Source: Eledone cirrhosa (Eukaryota). Taken from it: a DNA stretch of 64,000 bases. A program made the translations under genes and the position numbers. Positions within the stretch are counted from its first letter, which is position 1, and each line of letters starts with the position of its first letter. This document shows positions 30,418 through 44,811 of the stretch, piece by piece. A model generated the notes under the pieces. That model had not been told where the DNA came from and searched no databases. It worked only from the letters and a program-made list of their open reading frames with translations. The stretch spans positions 352,966,001 through 353,030,000 of the forward strand of contig OZ024742.1 in the NCBI GenBank assembly GCA_964016885.1. Reading direction: 5' to 3'.

Positions 30418-30798
30418 AATTTTTAGCCTGCTAAATAAATAGCCGAACTTGTCAAGGGGTACTTCCTTATATGGGAAGATAGTAGTTGTGGAGAAGATTG
30501 GTCAACATTTGTTGTAAATACAAATGAGTCTATCATGGCATTTGGTGGGGGGTAGGTGTGGCTGACCTTGCCTGTAGAACAATGAAGGATCAAGCGTTGA
30601 AGCTGCAATCTACTTTCAACGCTTGAAAGGCACCACTCACTCCCTCATTGTTCTACAGGCAAGTTCAGCCACCCCTACCTGCCACCAAGTGCCATGATAG
30701 ACTTATTTGAGATTACAATTATCTCGACAAATACAATCTTCCCATATAAAGAAGTACCCCTTAACAATTTCGGCTATTTATTTACCAGGCTAAGAATT
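30418..30798. repeat. Imperfect fold-back inverted repeat (~170-bp arms) with internal hairpin
   Basis: ttagcctgctaaataaatagccg...gcctgtagaacaatga versus tcattgttctacaggc...cggctatttatttaccaggctaa. Internal tcaagcgttgaa/ttcaacgcttga at ~30590-30626. Confidence 0.8.
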
Positions 30799-30799
30799 A

Positions 30800-31686
30800 T
30801 AGGAGCAAATTTTGGAATAGAATAGAAAGAACTAGGAACAAGGCTAATAGAATAAACTCATGGTACGATAGCAATAAATACCAGAGTGTAATGTTCATCG
30901 ATACAACCCCTAGAGGTGAATTAGCTTACAAATTTAGAAGGGCCCTAAATAAACATAAACTCAATATTAAGATATTAGAAAGACCAGGTACCTCCGTAAA
31001 CACACTTATTAGCAATACATACCCTTTTCAAAGACCCTCATGTATAGATAAAAAATGTATAACCTGTAAAATAAGCCCCCATATTAACTGTAAAACTAGA
31101 AATGTAGTGTATAGCATAAGATGTACTGAAGGACAATGTAGAGATAAAAATATAGTGTACATAGGTGAGACAGCTCGTAGTGTAGGGGGACGGATAAATG
31201 AACACTGGCGAGACCTTCAAGATAGTAAAGAACCATCTGTACTCTACCAACATGCTAAAATAGAACACAAGGGTAAATTAGAGAACATAGAAATAAAAAT
31301 AGAATCTACACAAAGAAAAGACGCAATGTTTAGACAAATTACTGAGGCAATAAACATAAAAGAATTACAACCAAAATTAAATAGAAAATATAAGTGGAAC
31401 AGCAACATCACAACTTACAATTAAGGACAAAATGAAAACACACACACACATAGAACAAACAACCAACCAGTAACATGTAAATAAACAAATACATAAATGA
31501 ACATAAACACACAGAGACACCCGGATATGGCCCATGCGCAGACTGAGCACACAACACACACACAGAAACAAAATGGCGTAGGACAGAACAAAGGAGAGGC
31601 ACAGAAACAAAGAAAGCAATCCCCAGTCACTGAATAGGTCACAGAGTCACCTATGGTGCGTGTGTTTCTTATTGGCAACATGAACC

Positions 31687-31690
<4 letters not shown>
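30800..31690 (+). mobile_element. 5'-truncated PLE: GIY-YIG ORF 30891-31424 plus deleted pLTR
   Basis: CITC...NCKTRNVVYSIRCTEGQC...VYIGETARSVGGRINEH...RQITEAINIKELQPKLN. Confidence 0.9.
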
Positions 31691-31762
<72 letters not shown>

Positions 31763-34560
31763 TTGGGGAGGGTCATATGTGTGTAATATTGCCAGAATTA
31801 ATAACAGAACACACTCACTGTTTGGTTGGTTTTCGCTTCTGTGTCTTTTATATCGGTTAATTTAATTTATTCGGTCCTCAATGTTGTCATTGACTGACCA
31901 ACGGTCAAAAATACAGATACAATATAGACACAGACACATATATATCATTTATCAAAGTTCTTTCGTTGCACATCTGCAACAGCTTCAGTGGTGTTATTGT
32001 TTCCTCCCGTTGCATTGTATTTTCTATGCCATTTTATTTAGTCTGTTTATATATTTATTTATTTGTTTATATATTTATGTTTTTGTCTTCTTTGCTCATG
32101 CATTTGCGTGTGTGTATAGTGTTTTGTTTGATGTGTGTTCGTGATTGGGTGACTGTGTATTGGTTAATGTATTCTATCTTTACTATTGTGTGTTTATATG
32201 TGTTTGTTGTTATTGTGCTTGTGTATGTATTTATTTATTTATCTATTTATTTATTTATTTATGCTTCTCTTAGGTCAGTGTTGTTTGATTAAGTGTTGTT
32301 ATTCCATTTATTTTTTATGTTTAGCCTTGGCCTTCTAAGTTCTGTTTCACTGGCCTCTCTGATTTGCCTATCTGCTGGGTCATTTCTATGTGTAGATATT
32401 ATTCTAATTTCTATGTTGTCTATATTACCGTCGTGTTGTTGTCTGGCATGTTCTTGAGTACTGAACCGTTTTTTCGTCATTTTAGTTCTCCCCAGTGTTG
32501 GTCTATCCTTTCACCTATGCTACGAGCTGTGTCGCCTATGTATGTTGTTCTCATGTTTCTGCAAGTACCCTCTTTACATCTTATGCTATAGACTACGTTT
32601 CTAGTTTTACAGTTTATCCGGGGGTTTACCTTATATATGATACATTTCCTATTAATACAGTGGGTTTTCTTAAAAGGGTAGGTTTTGCTGATCAGGGATG
32701 TTATGGTGGTTCCTGGCGTTTCTCCACCTTAATCTTTAAGTGGGGTTTTCTCAGGGTCTTTCTACACTGGTTAGCTAATTTCCCTCCATGGGTAGCGTCC
32801 ATAAACATGACACTCTGATATCTCTGGTTGTTGTACCATAAGGTGGCTTTCCTTATCTTATGTCTAGCCCTATCTAAGCTATTCCATGATTTGCTCCTGT
32901 ATAATTGGCAAATTCCTTTCATATCCAGTTCTATGAGGGTCTTATACTTCTCCGTGGCTCCTTCGTATACTCTGGTGCTGTCTCTTTGCTTGTAGCCAGA
33001 AAACTGCATGCGGTTGATGAATTGTTGCATGTTTCTTTCCATTTCTGTTGGGACGCACATGCGGGACACGTTCTTCACCAATCGTACCAAGTCTGCGATC
33101 AGAATATTAAACTTAGCACTACTGGACATTGATGAGTTTTTGAGTATCAATTATTTGGAGGCCATGGGTTTAGCATAGTGTGAGTGGAGAATTTGGGCTC
33201 TCTCGTCTAGAGTGTTAATACAGAGTTCCTTGTCTAATACAGGTGGTCTATTGTTAGGGTGTTTGGAAGGGTAGTCGATAGTTACAGTTATTCTCTGGTG
33301 TATGGAATTAGCTATCTGCTGGATGCTTTCCATTGTGCTACGTTCCAAATCAAACTTGTTAGTGCTCTCTAGTGGAGATGTTCTCATAACTATATTGATA
33401 TCTTCTACGTAACGAGAGTACATGATGATGTCTATGGAGCTCTCATTAGGGAGATCTTTAAGTCTCCTTTCCCACCATACCATAAAAAGGTTGGCAACAT
33501 CACCGGCTATGCTGACGCCAATGGCTGCTCCCTCATTTTGGGTGTAGATCTTCTCGTTGAACTTGAATATGTGGCCCTTTAGGGTAGTTTTGATACTAGC
33601 CCCTATTGCATGTGCGACCATTTTTCTTACCTAATCATTGTTTTGGGAGGTCCGTATAGCTTTGGTCCACCCAATTCACCTTCCCATGGGAGTATTTTTA
33701 GCCATTGATGTTATGGTGGGAGATCTACCTCTTATGGGTCTACTGGTGCAGAAACGTCTAAGTCCATGCCTGTCTAGGTAGTCAGTGTCGTAGGCAAGTC
33801 TAAGTAGGAGGCCCAGTTCTTCTGTGTCGACGTCGCAGAACTCCACCTCTATCTCAATGATCATCTCCACACACGTTTCGACCACAAAATCAATGTTAAT
33901 GGATGGGTACAATGATACCACTCCATGCTGCCTATTATGCAGTTGGCTAGGTTCATGTTTTTGTTGCACCCACTGATTCTGCTGAGGAGGTCATCCGTAC
34001 TGTCACATACATCTGGGAACATCTTGATTATGCGGCGTATAACCATTGAAAGAAAGTAGGAGATCCTGTAGTTGCTAGCTATATTTGCTCCGCACACTGG
34101 TTTTGTTGGTGGTCTTGTTGTCGGGTCGTCGACTGTCTTGTGGTCATTGCAAAGCCCATACAAGGGTGGTATGCCATTTTTAGACGCCTGGAAGTTGGTG
34201 GCAGTGCGTCTGCTTGGCTTTAGGATGTCGGTCCACATCATCATGTGAGCGTTGATGATTTTTTCTCTCCCATCATGTATTTGCTGTGCAATTTCGCTCG
34301 TGTTTGTGATGTGGAGTTGTATAGCCTTGATGTAGTTCGGCAAGCTGTCTATTGACATCCTACCAGACTTATCCGTTGGTAGACATACTACCTCACCATC
34401 CCTTGTCCGCTGCTAACCAAACCTTCTACAGCCTTCCTCGCAACAGTGAGTGTGTTCTGTTATTAATTCTGGCAATATTACACAAATATGACGCTCTCAA
34501 GAATAACACATGTTTCGACACACGATTTCATATAAAAAACCTCGCAAAACTAATTCATCG
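31763..34560 (-). mobile_element. Degenerate PLE: RT ~33151-34360, linker, GIY-YIG ~32289-32700, pLTR 31763-32288, inverted pLTR piece ~34442-34560
   Basis: PPLYGLCNDHK...PTKPVCGA; VVSLYPSI; FKFNEKIYTQNEGAAIGVSIAGDVANLFM; YSRYVEDI; YIGDTARS. 34442-34500 is the reverse complement of 31763-31822. Confidence 0.9.
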
Positions 34561-34597
34561 CCTTTATATATATATATATATATATATACATATATTT

Positions 34598-34670
<73 letters not shown>

Positions 34671-34682
34671 GCCTAGAAAGCT

Positions 34683-35224
34683 GCAATAATGAGGGACTAA
34701 TCCTACTGACATGGCTTTAACAATGAGTCTGTTTACATACTTACAAACGAATCAACTATTATTATTGATATTCGAAAAATGCAGATTACATTTTTTATAT
34801 TCAGCCATGTAGTGTGATCATTTTTCCTTTCTAAAATGGCAAAGCCGGCCATTAATCACTTGTATAGAGGAAACTGTCTGGACACTCTGCTGATATGCAA
34901 ATCTGGCTGATCAGTGGATCTGCTAATATGCAGATTTGTGTAATCAGCCAGTCTTCTAATATGCAAATCAGGCCGATCAGTCAATGTATATTTGAGAAAA
35001 TATATATTTTCAATTGCTCCGACAGTTGGCAGGTGAACAGTGAACTGCACTGATGAAGGGTGATACTCAGAAATATTAGTGTCTGCAGTTGTGTTTATAT
35101 GCCACCTCAAGAGCAATAATGAGGGGCTCATTCTACTGATATGGCTTTAAAAATGAGGATGTGTGCATACTTTCAAACGAATCTAATTGTTATTATTAAT
35201 ATTCGAAAAACTCAGATTACATTT
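34683..35224 (+). mobile_element. Non-coding HHR-bearing element with ~111-bp terminal direct repeats (period 430 bp), retrozyme-like or solo pLTR
   Basis: 34683-34793 matches 35113-35224. Canonical HHR in between. Flanked by (TA)n and (CA)n/(TA)n. Confidence 0.65.
35043..35090 (+). ncRNA. Type I hammerhead ribozyme, canonical core
   Basis: aactgca-CTGATGA-a-gggt-gat-actc-a-GAAA-ta-ttag-tg-TC-tgcagtt. 7-bp stem I aactgca/tgcagtt, GUC cleavage triplet at 35081-35083. Confidence 0.8.
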
Positions 35225-35245
35225 ACATACACACACATACACACG

Positions 35246-35279
<34 letters not shown>

Positions 35280-35314
35280 TACACACACACACAGACACAC
35301 ACACACACACACAT

Positions 35315-35375
<61 letters not shown>

Positions 35376-38117
35376 ATATACGTATGTAGGGATCGAGGTT
35401 GCCTATGAGTTCTTCAGATGAGCGTCGTGATGAGGGCCTGCTGTGAACTATGAAATATGCAATCATATCTTGACACCCACACTATATCGCCATAACATCA
35501 GGAATACCGCTTTTTCCGGCCCGTTTTATTCTCCCATACTTACATATTACATGAAACATTACACATCTGCCATTAATTCATGTGATATTATAACGGCATG
35601 TTTTAGAGATACTTAACACAGAGGCCTAATATAATATATTACACGTAACGTACTGAAATCAAACAACTACATTTTATCACCTCAATTCTTTTATATTTAA
35701 CATATTTTATAAGGTTTTCATATAATGTTGAAATGTTACGTTTTAGTTCAAATTAAGTACATGTGTTATGAGCATATTACAGAACGCATATATTATATTG
35801 GAATAGCAAAACAAAACCACGATTTATAGGACATAATCTTATTAACATTTGTTTTGTTTTTTTCAAACCGTGAAACATTTAGCAGAGAAATAGTTTCATG
35901 ATCTACAGCATTTCGAACTTCTTCACTTATAATAAAACTTTCACCAAGAAATCAAAATGACATGAAATACAATTATTACTGCTTAACTGTATCAATATAT
36001 AGCAGAAAAGTCAGTGTTAACAACAAATCGAATAATTGAATAAGTATATTTTACATTCGCATAACGAAATTCCTTCATATGAAGAATTTAACATTTGTTG
36101 ACCTTTCTTTAATGCAATTTTTAACTGAAGATTGGAAATATCAAAGTAAATATTCGCGGGGGACAATATAATTGAAGGGAAAATAAATAACAAGAGAAAT
36201 GAAGTTATAGGAGAGCATAGAATAATTACAAATAAAAAGAGAATCAAGGAAATATTAAAAAAAAAAACAATTTCAAAGGACAACGAACGATGATGTGACT
36301 AAATAAATGATATGGAGATAACAGGCCTATTATATAGAAATACTTCGATAAGATCAAAGATAAAGAAGTGAAAGAAAAATAGAATTTCACGAGAGAAGGT
36401 ATTGAGCAAAGACGGACTACACAATATAATACAAATAATACAAATCATATACTAGAAATAATGTCTTCTAGAACTGAAGATGAGATGAGATAAATGTAAG
36501 CAGATATATAAATATCTAAACATATTACCGACGAGATAAAATTACCCACCTGAGGGTGTCAGGCTGCTCGTGTACGTAGGCGAAGTTTATTTCATGACGG
36601 GTGAACAACACAGTAAGCAACGGCGCGTTAATACTTATAATACTTAGAAAATCCCTTACATTTGTCAAATGGTGAGGGTCCATATTCAATACCGTTTCAT
36701 CTAACTCAATTCTGGCACATAGCCAAGCACAAGTGTGGGTCCCAATCGGTGCGCTGCTTAAATTGAAGCGATACGTCTTATCATCCACATCATGTGTGGG
36801 CCACACACATGTGGGTGGTAGAATTCATTTTTAGTCATTTAGCATGTATTCTCCCGACTGAACATAATTTTCTTGTGGATAACTTTTACTAGCCTACTGT
36901 TTGGTGTATTACATTGTCTCTGAGGTTATACAGTATTTTATATTGGTTTGTTATTCTCTAAAGGCACGAGTATAATTTAAGAAATATAATGTATTCAAAC
37001 ATATGTTACACACGTAAATGATATGTCAGCTACTTTTATATAATGTATATGTATGTGCCTGTGTGTGTGTGTATACACATACAACAGCTTGGAATATGAG
37101 CACTTTAGCAACAGTGAACTATATACAGAAGTGACAGACATAGCTGCATCTCAGATTGAAGACCACATCAACACCACTTGGACGGATATCTGCAGACGTA
37201 GACAACTCCCCAAGACATATCAAAATACCCTCAGCACCAGAAACAACGGACTACCAGCATTCTACGACCTCATTAAAAACCACAAAACACGTGTTAATTT
37301 ATGGATTAGACCAATTGTCTCGAGTATAGAAGAGCCCCTCTATAACATCTCCTGGTTCCTCTCCCAGATCCTTAACACCATTCGTACTTCTTTTCCTGGA
37401 CATATCAGAAGCTCCAACGAACTCATACAAAGACTACATCAATTACAATCTAACCAACCTAAACTCAACAGATATGCCTTTAGCCTCGATGTTGTCTCCC
37501 CATACACAACAATACCTACTCATTCAGCGGTCAACCTAGTGATGAGGGCATCATTTCATACAACCTATATTGCTTCGGCCTCACTCCACAAGACATATAT
37601 CAGCTTCTATCCGTAATCATAGTAAATAACTATTTCACTTTCCACCACCACACATACAAGCAATAGGCCTACCCATGGGGTCCAGTCTTTGATGCTTTCT
37701 AGCCATCAACTGTATGAACCAACTGGAACGTCGAGCGCTCAACACCTGCCACTCCTGTGTTATCTTCACCCGATACAAAGAATATATACTCATCCTCACG
37801 TCATCCCGTGAAGAGGTTGACAATATCTACAGCATTTTCAAACACAGATAACAACATACGATTTACAGATAACTACCCAATAAAAATGGTTCCTTGTCTC
37901 TGCTGGATTACAACTTAGAATAATAGTCGAAGGTACTTTATACACCAACTTCTATAAGAAAGCTGGCCAGCAGAGACCTATTTGTACATTATAGATCAGC
38001 CCTTCCGTTGGTGCTAAAACTGGATGTCCTATACGGAATAAATGTAGGAAGACAAATGATCAGATCCCTAAAACTGCACACTTCATAGATGTACTGAAGC
38101 CAAACGGTTACCCAACG

Positions 38118-39255
38118 TCGAACACTCCACACTCAACACCACTCAAACACTCCACACTCAGCACCAATCGAACACTCCACACTCAGCACCAATCGAACAC
38201 TCCACTCTCAGCACCAATCGAACACTCCACACTCAACACCAATCGAACACTCCACACTCAGCACCAATCTAACACTCCACTCTCAGCACCAATCGAACAC
38301 TCCACATCAGCACCAATCGAACACTCCACACTCAGCACCAATCGAACACTCCACACTCAGCACCCATCGAACACTCCACACTCAGCACCAATCGAATACT
38401 CCACACTCAGAACCACTCGAACACTCCACACTCAGCACCAATCGAACACTCCACACTCAGCACCACTCGAACACTCCACACTCAGCACCAATCGAACACT
38501 CCACACTCAACACCACTCAAACACTCCACACTCAGCACCAATCGAACACTCCGCACTCAGCACCCATCGAACACTCCACACTCAATACCACTCAAACACT
38601 CCACATTCAGCACCAATCGAACACTCCACACTCAGCACCAATCGAACACTCGACACTCAACACCACTCACACACTCCACACTCAGCACCAATCGAACACT
38701 CCACGCTCAGCACCAATCGAACACTCCACACTCAGAACCACTCGAACACTCCACACTCAGCACCAATCGAACACTCCACACTCAGAACTACTCGAACACT
38801 CCACACTCAGAACCACTCGAACACTCCACACTCAGCACCAATCGAACACTCCACACTCAGCACCAATCGAACACTCCACACTCAGAACCACTCGAACACT
38901 CCACACTCAGAACCACTCGAACACTCCACACTCAGCACCAATCGAACACTCCACACTCAGCACCAATCGAACACTCCACACTCAACACCACTCAAACACT
39001 CCACACTCAGCACCAATCGAACACTCCCCACTCAGTACCATTCGAACACTCCACACTCAGCACCACTCGAATACTACATACTCAGCACCACTCGAATACT
39101 GCATACTCAGCACCACTCGAACACTCCACGCTCAACCCCACTCGAACACTCTACACTCAGCCCCACTCGAACACTCCACACTCAGCACCACTCGAACACT
39201 CCACGCTGAGCACCACTCGAACACTCCACGCTGAGCACCACTCGAACACTCCACA
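38118..39255 (+). repeat. Minisatellite, 25-bp unit (a/c)tcgaacactccacactcagcacca, ~45 copies
   Basis: Direct reading; period 25 (e.g. 38341, 38366, 38391). No unique spacers. Confidence 0.95.
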
Positions 39256-39659
39256 TCCGCGTTAAAGAACATCTCACACACGTTCATCCTCATTAAAAAA
39301 ACACATTGACAAATGTAGAAACATCAACCAACATATTACCGTTACCATTAAAGCCAGTGATAGAACTATGGGCAACTTAAGAATTAAGGAAGACTTACTC
39401 ATACGTCGTCTCAACCTGCATATAAATAATAGATTAGAACTCAGCACACATTACTTAACATAAAAAGACACAGCCACAGGTACACAAACTAAACATCTCA
39501 TACAGAAAAAAAAGAGAATTGATTTCACGAAATACTATACTGGAAATAGACTTCAGTCTCTTGAAGTGCGAAATAAATAACGCTTAAAAACGACTTTCAA
39601 ATCAAAATTTAATGCCAAAGAGAGGAATGTGTAACAGAATCCACTGGAAGTTCCGTAAA

Positions 39660-39695
39660 CCCTAAAGAAGGGACTTTTAGGTCCCGAAATATTGG
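39660..39695 (+). ncRNA. Decayed minimal hammerhead motif in PLE 3' UTR
   Basis: cc-CTaAAGA-a-gggac-ttttag-gtccc-GAAA-tatt-gg. One core mismatch, stem III rudimentary. Confidence 0.4.
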
Positions 39696-39805
39696 ACAGT
39701 AAAACGAACAACAAAAACACAATACAAAAATTAGCAAGACACTTACTTTTCGTTGCCTCATCTCATAGAAAATTGTGCATTGTTTAGCCTTCTAGCACCT
39801 TCTAT

Positions 39806-40775
<970 letters not shown>

Positions 40776-40869
40776 AACGAGTTATTTGGTTTGTTGATTA
40801 TTCAACAAAGTAAATTTACAACAAATTAGAAGCACTCAACGAGGTGTTTATCCAGAGTATCATTAATAT

Positions 40870-41030
40870 AAATAATATTAATAAACGGAAAATATCTTTA
40901 TAAAACCATTTTTATTTTATTATACACATTTCAAGGGTACCCTATTTTAGTACGCTTTCGTCAGATAAAATAGAATAATTGGTGTAAAGATAGTGACATA
41001 TCTTCATATGAACTTCATGTTATGTGTTCA
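40870..41030. repeat. Dispersed repeat, second copy at ~9885-10047
   Basis: Shared ttttattatac..atttcaagggta...tacgctttcgt.agataaa...gtaaagatagtga.atatcttcat. Confidence 0.75.
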
Positions 41031-41155
41031 TTGAATATATATATATATATAAACATAGCCCTGGGTGTATATATATATATGTGTATGTTTGTGTGTGTAA
41101 CTGTATATGCGTGTGTGCGTGTGTTTGCGTGTGCGGGTGTGTGTGTGATGTGTGT

Positions 41156-41198
<43 letters not shown>

Positions 41199-41258
41199 TG
41201 TGTATGTGTGTGTGTGTGTCAGTTGAGAGTATTAGCGTATCATTATTTCTTCAAGACA

Positions 41259-41373
41259 TTCTGAGTTCAAATCCCGCCGAGGTTAACTTTGCCTTTCATC
41301 CTTACGGTGTCGATAAAATAAAGTACCAGTAATGCACTGCGTATTTGCTGGCCTTGTGCCAAAATTAGAAACA
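41259..41373 (+). mobile_element. 5'-truncated tRNA-derived SINE with 17-bp TSD
   Basis: Matches the 3' part of 23049-23231. TSD attatttcttcaagaca at 41242-41258 and 41374-41390. Confidence 0.9.
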
Positions 41374-41752
41374 ATTATTTCTTCAAGACAATTTCATTTT
41401 AGAATTGCTATAACTGAATATATTTATTATCACTAAATATACGATAAATATTACACTGACATATTTCGAATAAGTTATACCTCTTCTCCCTATTTTACAA
41501 CTGAATTTCTAAGACAATATAACATGTCAGATTACTAATGTGCTTCATTAATATATGTCTATAGTATCACAACAAATACATTGTTATCCGTCCCTTTAAT
41601 TTGTTTTCTGTTATTCATTATAGTAATACATTTGCATTATTTACCACCAAACCTTAATGCATACCATTAAAATTATTTAGTAGATATAATCGTTCGAACT
41701 ACTGATATAAAACAACGTTCTGTCGTTTGATGATGTCTACATATATATGTTT

Positions 41753-42359
41753 GTTTTTCTTTTTGTTCAGTTATACTATACGGCCTGGAAAAACCTTTTT
41801 CCTGGAGCTAATTTTACTGTAATGAGAGTATTTGAGTTTCTAACTCAATACATGCTTTTGATACATTCGGCTCCGTTAATTCGTAGAGCTATTTCAATTG
41901 TCGTGTAGACCCGGCTGCTATTTTTAGTGACGTGAGTCTGTGCGACGCGCTAAGTTTGGGACCGTGTGCGTTACATATACACACACTATCCAGTTCTTTA
42001 TTTTATGTAGAAGTGATAAGGATACTAATTCCTCACCCGCTGATGAGCCAACAATTTGATATACCTCTTCACAAATAATATTGCGAAACGGTTCCATCAA
42101 AAACCGTCCGGGTGAATGGTAGTTACCACAATACTGGTTTGTATTTATGTTCTTGATTTATTCTTAAATTGAGTCTAGCAAACGCTATTGTCTATAGTTA
42201 GTATTTGTTTTACCATTTGAACGCATATATGCATATGTCTGTGTTCGTTTTTCTTTTTGTTCAGTAATACTATACGGCTCAGAAAAAACTTTTTTTCTGG
42301 AGCTAATTTTACTGTAATGAGACTATTTTGAGTTTCTAACTCAATACATACTTTTGATA
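41753..42359 (+). mobile_element. Non-coding HHR-bearing element with ~111-bp terminal direct repeats (period 494 bp), retrozyme-like
   Basis: 41753-41863 matches 42247-42359. Canonical HHR in between; no ORF. Confidence 0.65.
42033..42115 (+). ncRNA. Type I hammerhead ribozyme, fully canonical core
   Basis: tcacccg-CTGATGA-gc...gc-GAAA-cggtt-ccatcaaa-aaccg-TC-cgggtga. 7-bp stem I, closed stem III hairpin, GUC site with predicted cleavage after 42108. Confidence 0.88.
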
Positions 42360-44749
42360 TATATTAACATATATGAAATTAATGATAGAGCTGTTTCTTA
42401 TAAACTTATCATCCTGAAATTAAAAAAATGTTTGCGTTTTTACGCTTTATGTTGTATCACAGCAATGTTGGAATTTGTATATATCTATAGAGATGTTACT
42501 GAAAATATTCAGTTTTATAGAAAACTTTACAATTCAACACATTCAATGAATGAGATCAAATTATCGATTAACTCTATAGAATTGGCACGGTTTGACCCAC
42601 ATCGATCGAAATATGTTTTAATTTGTTTCATTTGTTTTGGAGCTGAGAAACAATTGATATCTTGAAATATTGCATCGCAGTGTTACTTGTGCCTCGTTAA
42701 GCAATATTAAAAATATAAAAATAGGGCATACACCCTATAGCAACCTCTATAATAGACTACAGAAATCAGAATCCAGAAGGAAAATGGACGATTGACTCCG
42801 CTTTAGATTTATTATATCAATGGATTAACCACATGCACAAGCTGCCATTGATTATAGGTCGATTTCTTCTTCTATTCGTACCTCTATTTAATAATACTTA
42901 TTTTCTTTCAAAGACGATATCTCATAAAATCTCAAATAAAGGACATGGTTTATAATTTAGGAAAACCTATTACTATGCTACCGTATACATAAATATCAGG
43001 TTCGGTGAATATAATGTTGGGATTGTAGGATCATGACAAAGGGCGATGCTACTGTATTGCAATTTTGCACAAATAAATTATTTGTCAATAAGTAATATGA
43101 CATCAATGAAATGTTATTGCAATTAGCGTCATGACATCATTTCCTCGTTGATATTTGAACCTAATAAAGGGTCTCACGACATCTGAACAAATTATAAAAT
43201 ATATTTTTATCATAGATTTCAACAGAATAAAATTACTAAAAATAAAAATAAGATGTTCACGTAATTGCTTGTGAAGAATATATTAACATACAAACTGCAT
43301 ACGTTCAAATCAACTTGGAATATCCAGTGATAATATAATGTTTATGGAACATTACATCTCTTATTTCACTAACATAATACTACAGCGAGATGACTTCTTC
43401 TTCATGCACTTATTCCTCAGAGAGCCGTGGAAGCAGGTGTCCCCACTCACTCATTTCAGGGAGTGTTCTCAGTAGCACCATATTACAATTGATCGGGTTG
43501 GATCCTCAAGCGAAACAAGCCAAATTCTTGGATGTTATCCAACCATTTTGCACGGGGTGTAACTTTGGGTCTCCTGGTTGTTTGTATTCTCTAACATCTG
43601 TCCACAGGTTATTTCCTGCGCCATTCAAACCACATAGACATAGTACTGAAGCGGTGATCACTCTATTAGTAGAAGTAGTGTTCTTATTTCGATGGAGTCT
43701 CTGATCTCTGTGCATCACACTCTATTCAGTAACATGACTCCAAAGAGCCAACAACCTAACCCTATGCCGGCCGCCTATATTCACGATCGTATTAATCATT
43801 ACTCAGGATTCATGTATGTAAGTAAGATGCATTACAATGGAAATTGTATATCTATGTTTTAAAGATAACTGGTTGTAATCTAAAGATGTAATGGCCTAAC
43901 CGCGTCAGGAGCTTTGTCGAATATGTAGGGAGGAAACTTCCATGGCTCATTGTACCGTTTGTATACTTTACTCAGAACTAACGGCGTCGAGTAGCACACA
44001 CCCTGGAATGAGCTCCAACATTTGTACTGGCTATTTCAACGCCTCTCCCTCACCATCAAATGGGTTTAATAGATTCTCCATTCTAGCTGCTATAACAATA
44101 TGTATGCTAACAACTGTATAAGTGTATGTCAGAAAACGCTCCACGATTCGGCCCTCATGTGCATCATTCAGGTAGCCATATTTGAATACATTTGTATCCA
44201 GAAATGGGCGCGTGGTGGTTTGCTGATTGATAAGTATCATTTTGTATTGTTTCTATTATATTCCAAGGGATTTTTATTTTATTTCAAATAAATCATCAGT
44301 TGGCATTGAATTCCACAAACGGTTATCACCTCAACTGTAAAACACGTAAAATATATCAAATCATTAAGAATATTAGTAAAGAAAATACATAAATTTATTG
44401 ACGAAATTGCAGAACATTAGCCACATACTCCCACACAACGAACTTTCGTCTACTATCTAAGTCATTAACATACTCTTACATTGGAGGATACACGCATACG
44501 CATGTGTATGTATGTATATTTGTGAGTACAAATATATGTGTATGGTTACAATATCAACATGTGTATTTTTATATTTTACTGTGTGTGGGCTATCTTAGGA
44601 GCGTGTATGTGTGTATTCCCCTCCATATATGGACTGTTATAGTCGTGTTCCATAGCTGTCATATCAGAATTCTTTGATCAACGCACACACACACACACAC
44701 ACACATAGAAACAATCACACATACACACACACACACACACATATGACAA

Positions 44750-44811
<62 letters not shown>

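Larger units (their letters stand above)
37075..39780 (+). mobile_element. Degenerate PLE (Poseidon/Penelope-type): RT ~37075-38117, GIY-YIG end 39235-39463, 3' UTR
   Basis: LPAFYDLIKNHK...IRPIVSSIEEPLYNISWFL...FSLDVVSPYTTIP; GLPMGSSL; SLSLLD; NGYP; then STTRTLHIRVKEHL...NLRIKEDLLIRRLNLHINNR. Confidence 0.85.

Noticed and set aside
38118-39255. CRISPR-like array
   Set aside because: Contiguous 25-bp units with no unique spacers, no cas genes, eukaryotic context.
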